This document shows positions 45,672 to 55,365 of a stretch of 64,000 nt of DNA, one piece after another. The stretch's first letter is position 1. Every line of letters begins with the position of its first letter. The notes below the pieces were generated by a model. It had not been told where the DNA came from, did no database searches, and was given only the letters and a program-made list of their open reading frames with translations. The stretch lies in the NCBI GenBank assembly GCA_040081465.1, contig JBEBGL010000007.1:35976-99975 (forward strand), in the 5' to 3' direction. This DNA comes from Ilumatobacteraceae bacterium (lineage in GTDB: Bacteria; Actinomycetota; Acidimicrobiia; Acidimicrobiales; Ilumatobacteraceae). Both the position numbers and the translations under genes were made by a program.

Positions 45672-46367
45672 GAGCCCAGCTCGGTTCTCGTCCCAGTACG
45701 CCTTCACCTTCGTGGGCCGACTGTTGACGCCGGCGTTCTTCAGAGCGCGGCGAACTAGAGCGATTGTCTGCGCTCGACCAGAGATGATCAACGGTGCTGA
45801 CGGGTTACCGCGGGCGGCCTCGACCGCGACTGCGATCAGCGCTTCGCGATTCGTTTCAACGTTCGCTGGCGCGACGCCGATTGCGCGTGCCGCCGCCCGA
45901 CAGGCCGCGCGGTCGGTGGCTTCCAGCAAGACGGTGGCGGGTGTGCCTGGGTGCGCGGTGTTCCAAGCCGCACACAACCCAAGTGTTGTCTCGTCGCCGA
46001 CGATGATGGGCGCGCCCTCTTCGAGGCGAAGGTCGATGCTCTTCTTCGGGCCGATCAACTGCACTTCAGAGCCGACGGCGAGCGTGTTGAGAAAGCGAGT
46101 GCCCGGCCCGCTCGCGTGCCCGGCACACAGCAACCGTGCACGACCAGCAGTTGCATCCCAATCGAACGGCGTGTAGTTGCGCAGATTGTCGTCGGGGGTG
46201 CGTATCGACACTCGGTCGCCTGCGTTCCACGCGTGCTCGGTAAGCCCGGTTCCGCCGAGCGTGATGAGCATGAATTCCGGTGCGGGTTCGCTGAGCGCGA
46301 CAACGTTGACACGAAATCCGAAGCGGTCGAGACCTGCAGACTTCACGCGACCGAACAGACCGGCCAT
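45666..46367 (-). CDS. Siderophore-interacting protein-like FAD-binding reductase
   Basis: Two-domain ferredoxin-reductase-like layout (RNYTPFDWD..., IISGRAQTI...). The start is set at MAGLFGR. Confidence 0.65.
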   Translation of the reverse strand: MAGLFGRVKSAGLDRFGFRVNVVALSEPAPEFMLITLGGTGLTEHAWNAGDRVSIRTPDDNLRNYTPFDWDATAGRARLLCAGHASGPGTRFLNTLAVGSEVQLIGPKKSIDLRLEEGAPIIVGDETTLGLCAAWNTAHPGTPATVLLEATDRAACRAAARAIGVAPANVETNREALIAVAVEAARGNPSAPLIISGRAQTIALVRRALKNAGVNSRPTKVKAYWDENRAGLD

Positions 46368-46369
46368 GC

Positions 46370-48028
46370 TCAGCTGTTGTCCATTTGTCCGGCGCGCCAA
46401 CTGTCGCCGCCGTTGTCACTAACAAATATGCCGACGCTCGTCGCCGCCGCAAGCAGTCCGTCTGGTCCTTCGCGCAGGTCGTAGACACTTACTCCGTCGA
46501 TTCCTTCATCGAGAACTGTCCAACTCTTCGCCCCGTCGTCGCTACGCAAGAGTTGGCCACCGGCTCCGAGGAATAGTCGGCCAGCGCGGTCACCGACCAG
46601 CGAGTACATCTTCGACTCTTTCCCGAGTGGGAGCGGACAGACGTCCCACGTGTTGCCGTCGTCGGTTGAGCGTGAGATGTAGCAGCGCCGACCGCCGGCG
46701 TAGATAGTTCCGTCCGCAGTTTGAGTCATCTTGTAGAAGCTGCGGCCAGACAACCTCGACACCCAAGAACGACCTTCGTCGTCTGACGAGTAGATGCTGC
46801 CGTCCTTTTCGCCGTTGATGATGGCGCCGCTGCACGCGAGTATGCGACCAGTTTGCGAGCGGATGATTTGGTAGATCTGCCAATCGGGTGGCCCATCGAC
46901 GACCGGCCCCCACTCGCCACGCGCGTATTGGTACAAGCCCTCGCTCAATGTGCCAGCTAGCAAGTGGCCTGGCGCGACTTCGAATAGTGAGTACACGCGT
47001 GGTCCGACTTCGCCAACTGATTGCCAGTCGGGTCCGCTGCGTACTCCCGCGTTGCCGCCAGCCAAGATTTCGCCCGACGCGGTCTTGGCGAGTGCAAACA
47101 CGACCGAGCCTGGCGCAACGGTGCGCCAGGTCGCGCCGCGATCGTCCGAGCGCACCACACCAGCTTTAGTTCCGGCGTAGATCTCTCTGTTCTCGCCGAA
47201 CAACACTGCCCACGCTTCGTCGGGGGTAAGGCCGGCGTCGACCTGCTTCCACGCTTCATCGCGTCCGATCCACATGTGCGCGTAACTGCCCGCCGCGATT
47301 CGCCCATCGGCAAGTTCGCGCACGGCAAACACTCTGTGGCCGTGAAGCTCGCTGGCATACGAACCCCACGTTCGACCATCGTCGGTCGAAATCGAAATGC
47401 CGAGGCCGCTGCCGGCAAGCAACGAGCCGTCGCGAAGTTGCACCAAGCAGTGGACATACGAGTCAGGGACCGGTGTGTTTGACGGCGACGACCATGTGGC
47501 GCCGCGATCATCCGAGCGCAACACGCCATCGCCGCGCGTCCCGGCCAACAAAGTTCCGGATGACGTTTCGAGAAGGCTGTACACGATTGCGCCGGGCATC
47601 CCCAGACGCGACCACTTTCCGTCTTCGCTGACCCACACGCCTTCGCCGTCTGTGCCCGCCAGTTTTCTGCCGTCGGCCAACTCGAGTAGTCGAAGCGTCG
47701 TCGTTCCTGGTGGTCCGTCGGCGCCATCGGCCAGTACCGCATACACCGGTTCGTCTGTGATGAGCGCCCAAGTTGTGCCGTCGTCCGCCGAGCGCCACAA
47801 GCCGCCCGAAGTCGCGGCCAGCAGTCGCCCATCGGGTTCGATAGCGAAGGTGTTGACGCTGATGTGATCAAGCTGACCGACCGGTTGCCACGTCGCGCCG
47901 CCGTCTTGCGACCTCGAAATGCCGCGGACGCAACTGCCGACCAACAGGGCGCCAGATGGGGTCTCCACAAACGTGTAGAACTTTGGCGGACCACCGGCAA
48001 GTCCCTCATTGTGGAGAGACGGCGCCAT
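46370..48028 (-). CDS. BNR/Asp-box repeat beta-propeller protein (Ycf48/sialidase-like fold)
   Basis: Repeated SxDxGxTW boxes: SQDGGATW, SADDGTTW, SDDRGATW (twice), STDDGRTW, SDDEGRSW, STDDGNTW, SDDGAKSW, SDNGGDSW. Confidence 0.7.
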   Translation of the reverse strand: MAPSLHNEGLAGGPPKFYTFVETPSGALLVGSCVRGISRSQDGGATWQPVGQLDHISVNTFAIEPDGRLLAATSGGLWRSADDGTTWALITDEPVYAVLADGADGPPGTTTLRLLELADGRKLAGTDGEGVWVSEDGKWSRLGMPGAIVYSLLETSSGTLLAGTRGDGVLRSDDRGATWSSPSNTPVPDSYVHCLVQLRDGSLLAGSGLGISISTDDGRTWGSYASELHGHRVFAVRELADGRIAAGSYAHMWIGRDEAWKQVDAGLTPDEAWAVLFGENREIYAGTKAGVVRSDDRGATWRTVAPGSVVFALAKTASGEILAGGNAGVRSGPDWQSVGEVGPRVYSLFEVAPGHLLAGTLSEGLYQYARGEWGPVVDGPPDWQIYQIIRSQTGRILACSGAIINGEKDGSIYSSDDEGRSWVSRLSGRSFYKMTQTADGTIYAGGRRCYISRSTDDGNTWDVCPLPLGKESKMYSLVGDRAGRLFLGAGGQLLRSDDGAKSWTVLDEGIDGVSVYDLREGPDGLLAAATSVGIFVSDNGGDSWRAGQMDNS

Positions 48029-48032
48029 GGGG

Positions 48033-48048
48033 GTTCAGGATACTCTTT
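48033..48048. promoter_or_regulatory. Operator-like quasi-palindrome, site 5 (GTTCAGGATACTCTTT, weaker)
   Basis: It lies in the divergent region between the BNR-propeller gene and the ACAD operon. Confidence 0.3.
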
Positions 48049-48099
48049 CTTGTGGGTGCCAACTAGAGTCCGTTCCGTGAAGGGCCTCAGGGGGACAGA

Positions 48100-49041
48100 T
48101 TGAATCTGAAACTGTCGTACGACGATGAGCAGCTCGCGCTTCAAGATTCGATCGACGGCTTCTGCAAGCGCGCTGGCACCGGGCCACTCTTCGCAGTCGA
48201 CGAGGCTCTGCCTGCTTCGTTTTGGTCTGGGCTCGCATCGCTCGGCGTCCTCTATCTAGGGACCGACGTTGGGGGAGGCGGGGTGCTCGAGATCGCCGCC
48301 GCAATGGAAACACTTGGCAAGCACGGTGCTCCGGGACCGCTCGTCGGAACTCTTTGTGCGACGGCGCTACTGGCTGGCGACGAGATCGAACGAATCGGCA
48401 GCGGCGAAGCCCTTGTCAGTGTCGGCCAGGATCGGCTGTTCCCGTGGGCACCGGTCGCCGCGCTGTTTGTCGAACTCGACGGTGTCGAAGCGTGGTTAGT
48501 TGTACCGCACGGAGCGATAAATCCGCTCGACACCACGGGTAACGAGCCGTGGGGATACATCGAGCCGGTGCGCGTTCGATCGCTCGGCGACGCGCGTCGC
48601 GCGCTTGCGCGAACTCAAGTCGCCGCTGCCGCCTATCTCGTCGGCGCCGCGCAAGAATTGGTCGACCTTGCGGCCGAGTACGCGAGAGATCGCGTGCAGT
48701 TCAACAAGCCGATCGCAACATTCCAAGCGGTCTCGCATCCGTTGGCTGCCGTCTCTGTGCGTTTGAACGCGTCGCGCATTTTGGCGCGCGGTGCTGCGCA
48801 ACGACTCGATAGCAACAACGGGGGCGCCGAGGTCGCGGCAGCGACCGCGCGACTTTCCGCGATTGGTTCCGCGATGGCTGCGGCGTATCAAGTGCATCAG
48901 CTTTTCGGTGCGATGGGTTTCACTGTCGAAGGGCCGGTCGGTCACTTGAGTCATCGCATCCGACAAGTCGGACTGTTGCCTCCGAATCAGAACTACTCGC
49001 ACGAGCTCGTGCTCGATCACTTATTGGAAAGGACTGCGTAA
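48100..49041 (+). CDS. Acyl-CoA dehydrogenase family protein (short, 313 aa)
   Basis: ACAD C-terminal helical pattern (FQAVSHPLA..., YQVHQLFGAMGFT). It is shorter than canonical ACADs. TTG start. Confidence 0.7.
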   Translation: MNLKLSYDDEQLALQDSIDGFCKRAGTGPLFAVDEALPASFWSGLASLGVLYLGTDVGGGGVLEIAAAMETLGKHGAPGPLVGTLCATALLAGDEIERIGSGEALVSVGQDRLFPWAPVAALFVELDGVEAWLVVPHGAINPLDTTGNEPWGYIEPVRVRSLGDARRALARTQVAAAAYLVGAAQELVDLAAEYARDRVQFNKPIATFQAVSHPLAAVSVRLNASRILARGAAQRLDSNNGGAEVAAATARLSAIGSAMAAAYQVHQLFGAMGFTVEGPVGHLSHRIRQVGLLPPNQNYSHELVLDHLLERTA

Positions 49042-49850
49042 TGATTGATCTCACTGCCCCACTCGAGGGTCTGAAGTACGAACGCAAGGATCACATCGCG
49101 TACATCACGATCGACCGACCCGACCGCGGCAACGCACTCCACAAGACGATGGTTGAACCCATCAAAGCGATTTGGGCGGAAGTGCGCACCGATCCTTGGA
49201 TCAGGTGCGCGATCGTCACTGCATCAGGCGATCGCCACTTCTGCACCGGCGCCGACGTTGGTGCCGTTGCAAGTCGCGGCGGAGTCTCCGCTGGCAAGGG
49301 ACCGATGAGCGAAGAGGTGCATTGGTCGCCTCGACACAACCGCGTGTGGAAGCCAGTGATCTGCGCCGTCAACGGAACCGTTGCTTCGGCCGGACTGCAC
49401 TTCGTCGTCGACTCCGACATCATCGTCGCTAGCAAGACCGCACTGTTCCTCGACACGCACGTAAACGTCGGAATGGTCGGCGCGCTCGAGAACATCGGCC
49501 TCGCCAAGCGTCTGCCGCTCGGCTCGGCATTGCGCATGACGTTGTGCGGCAAGGCCTATCGCATGACTGCTGAGCGCGCGTATCAACTCGGTCTCGTCGA
49601 CGAACTCTGTGAGCCGGCCGATCTGATGAAGACTGCCGAAGAGATTGCTCGCCAGATCTGCGCCAACTCGCCAGCTGCGGTCAGTCTTTCGCAGCAGGCA
49701 GTGTGGAGTTCGGTCGAGTTGGGTTATCGCGACAGCCTCGAGTACGGCTGGGCGTTGCTGCGTATGCACTGGGATCACCCCGACTTCAAGGAAGGACCCA
49801 AGGCCTTCGTCGAAAAGCGCGACCCGGTGTGGGCCACTGGTGAGGAATGA
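49041..49850 (+). CDS. Enoyl-CoA hydratase
   Basis: Crotonase motifs FCTGADVG and NGTVASAGLHF. Confidence 0.85.
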   Translation: MIDLTAPLEGLKYERKDHIAYITIDRPDRGNALHKTMVEPIKAIWAEVRTDPWIRCAIVTASGDRHFCTGADVGAVASRGGVSAGKGPMSEEVHWSPRHNRVWKPVICAVNGTVASAGLHFVVDSDIIVASKTALFLDTHVNVGMVGALENIGLAKRLPLGSALRMTLCGKAYRMTAERAYQLGLVDELCEPADLMKTAEEIARQICANSPAAVSLSQQAVWSSVELGYRDSLEYGWALLRMHWDHPDFKEGPKAFVEKRDPVWATGEE

Positions 49851-50968
49851 ATCTTGATCTCGGGCCGGAGCTAGAAGCCTTCAGGACCGAAGTCCGCGAC
49901 TTCCTCGACGACTACAAGGACACGCAGGGCTTCTTCCATCACGAAGGCGACTATCACGCTGCGACGACGAAGCTGTATCGCGCACTCGGTGAGCGCAACT
50001 GGTTGGCGCTCGCGTGGCCGCGTGAAGTCGGCGGCGAAGGCAAGCACCCGCTGTATGAGTTCGTGTTGTGGAACGAGATGGCTCGCTACCGCGCGGCGCG
50101 TCCGCCGCTCGGTTCGGGAATCGTGGCCAAGACGATCATCGCGGCGGGCAACGACGAGCAGAAGGCTCGCTTCCTTCCGGGACTACGCACTGCGCAGATC
50201 GCATTCTCACTCGGCTATTCGGAACCCGAAGCGGGTTCCGATCTTGCTTCCGTACGCACGAAGGCCGTGCGCGATGGTGACAACTATGTGCTCACCGGCG
50301 AGAAGCGGTGGACGTCGGGCGGGCATCGTGCCGATTACCTGTGGGTCTTGTGTCGCACCGGCACGCAGGAAGATCGCGGTCGCGGGTTGACCATCCTGAT
50401 CGTCGATCGCCGCTCGCCAGGGATCACGATCTCACCAATCCCTGCGGTTACCGGCGAGCGCTTCAACGAGATCTTCTTTGATGACGTGCTTGTGCCGGTT
50501 GCAAATCGTGTAGGCGACGAGAACGGCGGCTGGGGCTTGATCAGCGTTGCGCTCGCGACCGAGCGTCACGTTCAGTTTTCACCCGCGCGCGTTGCACAGG
50601 ACTTCGACGACTTGGTCGCGTGGCTGACCGAACGTGGCCTTACCAATGATCCGGTCGTGCGGCGTCGTCTCAGCGAAACGGCCGTCATCGTCGCCGAGGT
50701 CGAGGCCCACGCGCTCGCAATGTTGGAAGCCGTGCAAGACGGCAGAGACGCAGTCGTCGAGGCCGCCGCCAACAAACTCGCCGGCAGCGAAGCCGCGCAG
50801 GCAGTCGCGCGCGTCGCCGGCGATCTCGGTGTTCCCGACTCAGTGATCGCCGGTTCGCAGATCGAATACCTCTGGCGGCAATCGATCAGCGAAACGATCG
50901 GTGGCGGCACATCCGAGATCATGCGCGGTGTGATCGCCGGCCAAGGCCTGAAACTTCCCATCCGCTAA
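49847..50968 (+). CDS. Acyl-CoA dehydrogenase
   Basis: SEPEAGSDLAS, KRWTSGG and C-terminal GGGTSEIMRGVIA motifs. Confidence 0.85.
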   Translation: MNLDLGPELEAFRTEVRDFLDDYKDTQGFFHHEGDYHAATTKLYRALGERNWLALAWPREVGGEGKHPLYEFVLWNEMARYRAARPPLGSGIVAKTIIAAGNDEQKARFLPGLRTAQIAFSLGYSEPEAGSDLASVRTKAVRDGDNYVLTGEKRWTSGGHRADYLWVLCRTGTQEDRGRGLTILIVDRRSPGITISPIPAVTGERFNEIFFDDVLVPVANRVGDENGGWGLISVALATERHVQFSPARVAQDFDDLVAWLTERGLTNDPVVRRRLSETAVIVAEVEAHALAMLEAVQDGRDAVVEAAANKLAGSEAAQAVARVAGDLGVPDSVIAGSQIEYLWRQSISETIGGGTSEIMRGVIAGQGLKLPIR

Positions 50969-50979
50969 CAGAAAAGAAT

Positions 50980-51762
50980 GTGATGACTACAGATTCTCAG
51001 ACTCCAAACAGTGTTGAAGGAAGGGTCGTAATCGTTACGGGTGCCGCCCGCGGGCTCGGTCGCGACTATGCACGGATGTTCGCGCGCGACGGTGCCAAGG
51101 TCGCGTTGGCCGACGTCAACTCGGAAGCAGTGTCCGCGGCTGCGAGCGAAATCGCATCGGACGTTCCCCGCTCGGAAGTGGTTGGCCTCACCGTCGATGT
51201 CACCGACGCCGACAGCATTGCCGCGATGGTTGCCGGTGTAGTCGAGCGATGGGGAACGGTCGAGATTCTGGTCAACAACGCTGGTATCTGGGGCGATCTC
51301 GAACCAGCGCCGCTGTCAGCGACGAAGCCGAGTTATTTCGATCTCGTGTTGTCGGTGAACCTGCGCGGTCCGTTGCTGTGTACGCAGGCTGTGCTCGAGC
51401 CAATGCGTAAGCAGGGCTGGGGCCGCATCATCAACATCTCGTCGATGGGGGCGTACATGCCGTCGGGTGTGTACGGCGTTTCCAAGTTGGGTCTCAACCA
51501 GATGACGTATGCGCTTGCAACAGAGCTCGGGCCAACGGGCATCACCGTCAACGCTGTTGCACCCGGCCCGATCGACAACGAGGCGACGCGCGGTCAATTG
51601 CCCGAGGCGGGTATTCAGAAGATGATTGCCGGCACGGCACTCAAGCGGATGGGCACCTCGCAAGATCTCTACGGAATGATCCGGTATCTCGCCAGCACGG
51701 AGGCCGATTGGGTCACCGGTCAAACATTCATGGTCAACGGTGGCTACAACAGTCGCTGCTGA
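50980..51762 (+). CDS. Short-chain dehydrogenase/reductase (SDR)
   Basis: TGAARGLGRD, NNAG and YGVSK motifs. Confidence 0.85.
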   Translation: MMTTDSQTPNSVEGRVVIVTGAARGLGRDYARMFARDGAKVALADVNSEAVSAAASEIASDVPRSEVVGLTVDVTDADSIAAMVAGVVERWGTVEILVNNAGIWGDLEPAPLSATKPSYFDLVLSVNLRGPLLCTQAVLEPMRKQGWGRIINISSMGAYMPSGVYGVSKLGLNQMTYALATELGPTGITVNAVAPGPIDNEATRGQLPEAGIQKMIAGTALKRMGTSQDLYGMIRYLASTEADWVTGQTFMVNGGYNSRC

Positions 51763-51763
51763 G

Positions 51764-52954
51764 ATGAGTGAGCTGACCGACGATCAGTTCCGCGAAAAGG
51801 TTCGCGACGTCCTCGCGCAATACGCCGACGAGGAAGGTTGGCGACGCGATCGGTACGGCCGCGCGCCTTTGGATAGCGCACCGAACGATGTTCGGCTCGC
51901 GCGCAATCGTCGTTGCTTGTCGCTGCTGCACGCACACGGTCTCGGCGCGATCTCGTGGCCGCGCAAGTACGGCGGTCAAGGCCTCACCAATCGGCACTCA
52001 GTGATCTTCAACCAAGAGATCGCCAGTTACTCGCTACCACTTGGCATGTTCATCATTGGCCACGGCATGTGCGGTCCAACGGTGTTGGCCTACGGCACCG
52101 AGGCGCAGAAAGATCGCCACCTTCCGCCGTTGCTCAGCGGCGATGAAGTTTGGTGCCAGCTGTTTTCCGAGCCCGGCGCAGGGTCAGATCTCGCGAGCGT
52201 GCAATGTCGAGCGGACCGAGACGGTGATGGCTGGATCGTCAACGGACAGAAGGTCTGGACGTCGGGCGCGCACAACGCGGCGTTCGGCCTGCTGCTTGCG
52301 CGCACGGACACTGCTGCCGCACGGCATGGCGGCTTGACGACGTTCATCGTCGCGATGGACAACCCCGGCATCGAGATTCGCGGGTTGGTCGACATGAACC
52401 GGGCCTCCAAGTTCAACGAGGTGTTCTTCTCCGATTGCCGACTCGGTCCCGAAGCAGTGCTTGGCGATGTGGGTGCAGGTTGGCGTAACGCGATCACCAC
52501 GCTGATGAACGAACGAGTGACGATTGGTACCAACTCGCCAGGTGGCTTTGGCTTCCCTTCGTCTGTCTTGATTGAGGAAGCGAAGCTGAACGGCAAGGCC
52601 AACAATCGAGTAATGGTCGACAAGATCGTGTCGATTGTCATCGCCGAGCGCATCGTGAAGTTCCTCGGAATGCGAGTCACTGAAGCGCTGCTCAGTGGTG
52701 CCGAGCCTGGCCCGGAGGGTTCGATCGCCAAGCTTGCAGGTACGCGCTTGTCGAAGACCTCTGCTGCACTCGCGTTGGAACTTGTCGGTCCTGCCGCGCT
52801 CGCATGGGATCACGATGATGCTGCCGGCGCAACGTGGGCAGACATCGCGGTCGCTACACCTGGACTCTCGATCGCCGGCGGCACCGACGAAGTAATGCGC
52901 AATATTCTCGCCGAACGTGTGCTCGGCCTTCCGCGCGAACCGCGCCCTAGCTAG
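51764..52954 (+). CDS. Acyl-CoA dehydrogenase
   Basis: SEPGAGSDLAS, QKVWTSGA and GGTDEVMRNILA motifs. Confidence 0.85.
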   Translation: MSELTDDQFREKVRDVLAQYADEEGWRRDRYGRAPLDSAPNDVRLARNRRCLSLLHAHGLGAISWPRKYGGQGLTNRHSVIFNQEIASYSLPLGMFIIGHGMCGPTVLAYGTEAQKDRHLPPLLSGDEVWCQLFSEPGAGSDLASVQCRADRDGDGWIVNGQKVWTSGAHNAAFGLLLARTDTAAARHGGLTTFIVAMDNPGIEIRGLVDMNRASKFNEVFFSDCRLGPEAVLGDVGAGWRNAITTLMNERVTIGTNSPGGFGFPSSVLIEEAKLNGKANNRVMVDKIVSIVIAERIVKFLGMRVTEALLSGAEPGPEGSIAKLAGTRLSKTSAALALELVGPAALAWDHDDAAGATWADIAVATPGLSIAGGTDEVMRNILAERVLGLPREPRPS

Positions 52955-52967
52955 ACGGAGTTACCAA

Positions 52968-54614
52968 ATGACGACCATGACCGGCGGCGAAGCAGTAGTC
53001 GCAGCACTCGAAGCGCTGGGCGTCGACACAGTCTTTGGCATTGTCAGCATTCACAACGTGCCGACACTTGATGCGATCGGGCGATCGAAGTCGATCGAGT
53101 TCATTGCCTGTCGTCACGAACAGGGCGCGGTACACGCGGCCGACGGGTACGCGCGGGCGAGCGGCAAGCTCGGCGTCGCACTCACAAGCACCGGACCCGG
53201 TGCAGCCAACGCGATGGGTGGTTTGTTCGAGGCCAACTACGCATCGTCGCCGGTGCTGATGATCACTGGTCAGGTCGAGACGACCGAGTTCGGTCGCGGG
53301 CGCGGCACGATCCACCAGGCTGAGCAGCAACTGACGATGATGCGCACAGTTACGAAACGCGCCGAACACATCGATAGCGCCGACGAGATCGTTCCCGTGA
53401 TCATGTCGGTGGGGCTCGACATGCTGAGCGATCGGCCCGGGCCGGGCGCAATCGAGATTCCGATCGACCAGCAGTACGCGAAGACAGAGGTCGCCGATCT
53501 ACGCGCAGAGCCGCCGCGGCGCGCTACTCCATCGAAGGCGTTGCTCGATGAGGCGCGCTCATTGATGGCTTCAGCGCAGCGACCGTTGATCATCGCTGGT
53601 GGTGGAGTCGGGCTCGCGAACGCCGCCGCCGAACTCACCAAGCTCGCCGAGACATTGTCGGCGCCAGTCCTCACGACCGTCGAAGGTCGGGGAGCCATCC
53701 CTGAAACACATCCGCTCGCGCTCGGCCCGAACATCGACATGTCAGCGATGGATCCAGTGCTCGCGCAAGCCGACGTAGTCATTGCGGTCGGAACGCGTTT
53801 TCAGCAGAACACGAACGTGCTCAAGTGGCTGCGCTTCAACGGCAAGCTGATTCACCTCGATGCCGATCCGGCGATGATCGGCCTTGTGCATCCGGCTGAG
53901 GTGTCGCTTGTGGGCGACGCGCGGCTCGGGCTGCAAGCACTCCTCGCAGCGGACATTGCGTCGTCATCAAGTCCCGAGTGGGTTGCAACATGTCAGGCGC
54001 GACGCGATGAAGTGGTCGCGTCGAACCGCAACGACATTGGCCCGGACATCGCTGCAATCATGGACGCGATGTCCGCCGCCTTGCCGCCGGATGCAGTCAT
54101 CGCCAAGGATGCAACGATCTCCGCGTACCTCTGGGGAAACCGACTGCTACCCGTTCACTTGCCGCGCACCGCGATTCGTCCGACGTCAGCTGCGATCGGG
54201 CCTGGTGTTCCACTCGGCCTCGGGGCAGCGGTTGCAACGCGCAAGCCAACCGTTGTCATTCAGGGCGACGGAGGGCTGATGCTCAGCATCGGCGAGTTGG
54301 CGACGGCCGCGCAATACGGGCTGCCGCTGATCGTGTGCGTGTTCAACGATCGTGGTTATGGAATGCTGCGCTTCATCCAAGACATGGCGGTGAGTGGTCG
54401 GCGCACCGGAGTCGAACTAGCCACGCCCGATTTCGAAGCCGTCGGTTCAGCGTTCGGAATCAACTCCGCCAGCATCAGCTCGGTCGCGCAGTTCGTCGAG
54501 ACGTTCACTCAGGCTGTAGCGCAAGGCGGACCATGGATCCTCGACATCGACCTCAACGCGATGTCGCCAATGAAGATTACCCCCCAGCCAAAACCCGAAC
54601 GATCAAATACCTAG
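52968..54614 (+). CDS. Thiamine-pyrophosphate-dependent enzyme (acetolactate synthase large-subunit-like)
   Basis: N-terminal GGEAVVAALEALGVDTVFG and the TPP-binding motif GDGGLMLSIGEL...NDRGYG. Confidence 0.85.
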   Translation: MTTMTGGEAVVAALEALGVDTVFGIVSIHNVPTLDAIGRSKSIEFIACRHEQGAVHAADGYARASGKLGVALTSTGPGAANAMGGLFEANYASSPVLMITGQVETTEFGRGRGTIHQAEQQLTMMRTVTKRAEHIDSADEIVPVIMSVGLDMLSDRPGPGAIEIPIDQQYAKTEVADLRAEPPRRATPSKALLDEARSLMASAQRPLIIAGGGVGLANAAAELTKLAETLSAPVLTTVEGRGAIPETHPLALGPNIDMSAMDPVLAQADVVIAVGTRFQQNTNVLKWLRFNGKLIHLDADPAMIGLVHPAEVSLVGDARLGLQALLAADIASSSSPEWVATCQARRDEVVASNRNDIGPDIAAIMDAMSAALPPDAVIAKDATISAYLWGNRLLPVHLPRTAIRPTSAAIGPGVPLGLGAAVATRKPTVVIQGDGGLMLSIGELATAAQYGLPLIVCVFNDRGYGMLRFIQDMAVSGRRTGVELATPDFEAVGSAFGINSASISSVAQFVETFTQAVAQGGPWILDIDLNAMSPMKITPQPKPERSNT

Positions 54615-54636
54615 CGCTACTCCAGAGGATCAGTTA

Positions 54637-55020
54637 ATGCGCATCTTCCGAATCGCGATCCCGGCTTCAGACATCGATCGGTCTTGCGAGTTTTACGAGA
54701 CCGTGCTCTCGATCGAGGCGGACGACACAGTTCCAAGTCGACTTTATTTCCATTGCGGTGAGGTGATCTTGGCACTCATCGACTGGAACGTCGAAGAGCA
54801 AGGACCTTTACGGCCAACGCCCGATGACCTGTACTTGGCAACGGGAAGCCTCGAGTCCGCATTTCAACGAGCGGTAGCGGCTGGTGCCCGCGAGCTGTCT
54901 TCTATCGAGCAACGCCCGTGGGGCGAGCGTTCTTTTTACTGCCTAGATCCCGACGGAAATCGACTTTGCTTTGTGGACGACTCGACGCTGTTCCTGGGGA
55001 GGGGTGCAGCTTGGTCTTGA
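54637..55020 (+). CDS. VOC/glyoxalase family protein
   Basis: 127 aa with paired beta-alpha-beta-beta-beta modules. The C-terminal FYCLDPDGNRLCF segment is typical. Confidence 0.8.
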   Translation: MRIFRIAIPASDIDRSCEFYETVLSIEADDTVPSRLYFHCGEVILALIDWNVEEQGPLRPTPDDLYLATGSLESAFQRAVAAGARELSSIEQRPWGERSFYCLDPDGNRLCFVDDSTLFLGRGAAWS

Positions 55021-55085
55021 GCAGCCATAGCTGTGGTCTGCGCGCAAATGTTGCCATGTCGTCGTGTTGGGGCCGACGAGCATCA

Positions 55086-55112
55086 GCAACCTGATCAACT
55101 CCTAATAGCACC
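55086..55112 (+). repeat. C-rich repeat family, copy E (3' half only)
   Basis: GCAACCTGATCAACTCCTAATAGCACC is identical to the reverse complement of part of copy D at 37333..37375. Confidence 0.7.
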
Positions 55113-55260
55113 GCTTCCGATGGCGTGACTCTTGCGAACGCGCGCCGGTCGCGACTCCGTGTTGCAGCCCGTGACACTCCCGGGAGCCCATGGGTGCGGG
55201 TGCGCCTCGATTTCGATTCGAAGACGCACCCTTGGGCGGCGGGAGGTGTCACCGATACGG

Positions 55261-55289
55261 CCAACCTCACACACTCTTAGTACGACCCT
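55261..55289 (+). repeat. C-rich repeat family, copy A
   Basis: CCAACCTCACACACTCTTAGTACGACCCT aligns with copies B and C. It lies 77 nt upstream of the deaminase ATG. Confidence 0.65.
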
Positions 55290-55295
55290 GCTCCT

Positions 55296-55339
55296 CAAGA
55301 CTGAGTGGGAACAGCCTGCTACCTTTTCGCTCAGTCTTG
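55296..55339 (+). other. Perfect 10-bp inverted repeat (hairpin, 24-nt loop) in the deaminase 5' leader
   Basis: CAAGACTGAG at 55296..55305 pairs with CTCAGTCTTG at 55330..55339. It ends 26 nt before the ATG at 55366. Confidence 0.6.
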
Positions 55340-55365
55340 GTCGCTCATTTGATGCTGGAACAACA

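Noticed and set aside
55086-55112. Similarity of GCAACCTGATCAACTCCTAAT to the 3' end of 16S rRNA (GAACCTGCGGTTGGATCACCTCCTTA)
   Set aside because: The match is short and gapped and lacks the helix-45 loop. It is present in five copies in non-rRNA contexts and is most likely coincidental.
55290-55365. Purine (adenine) riboswitch upstream of the deaminase gene
   Set aside because: The leader shows only one simple long hairpin. It lacks the three-way junction with conserved J1-2/J2-3 and loop-loop sequences of the purine riboswitch as I remember them.
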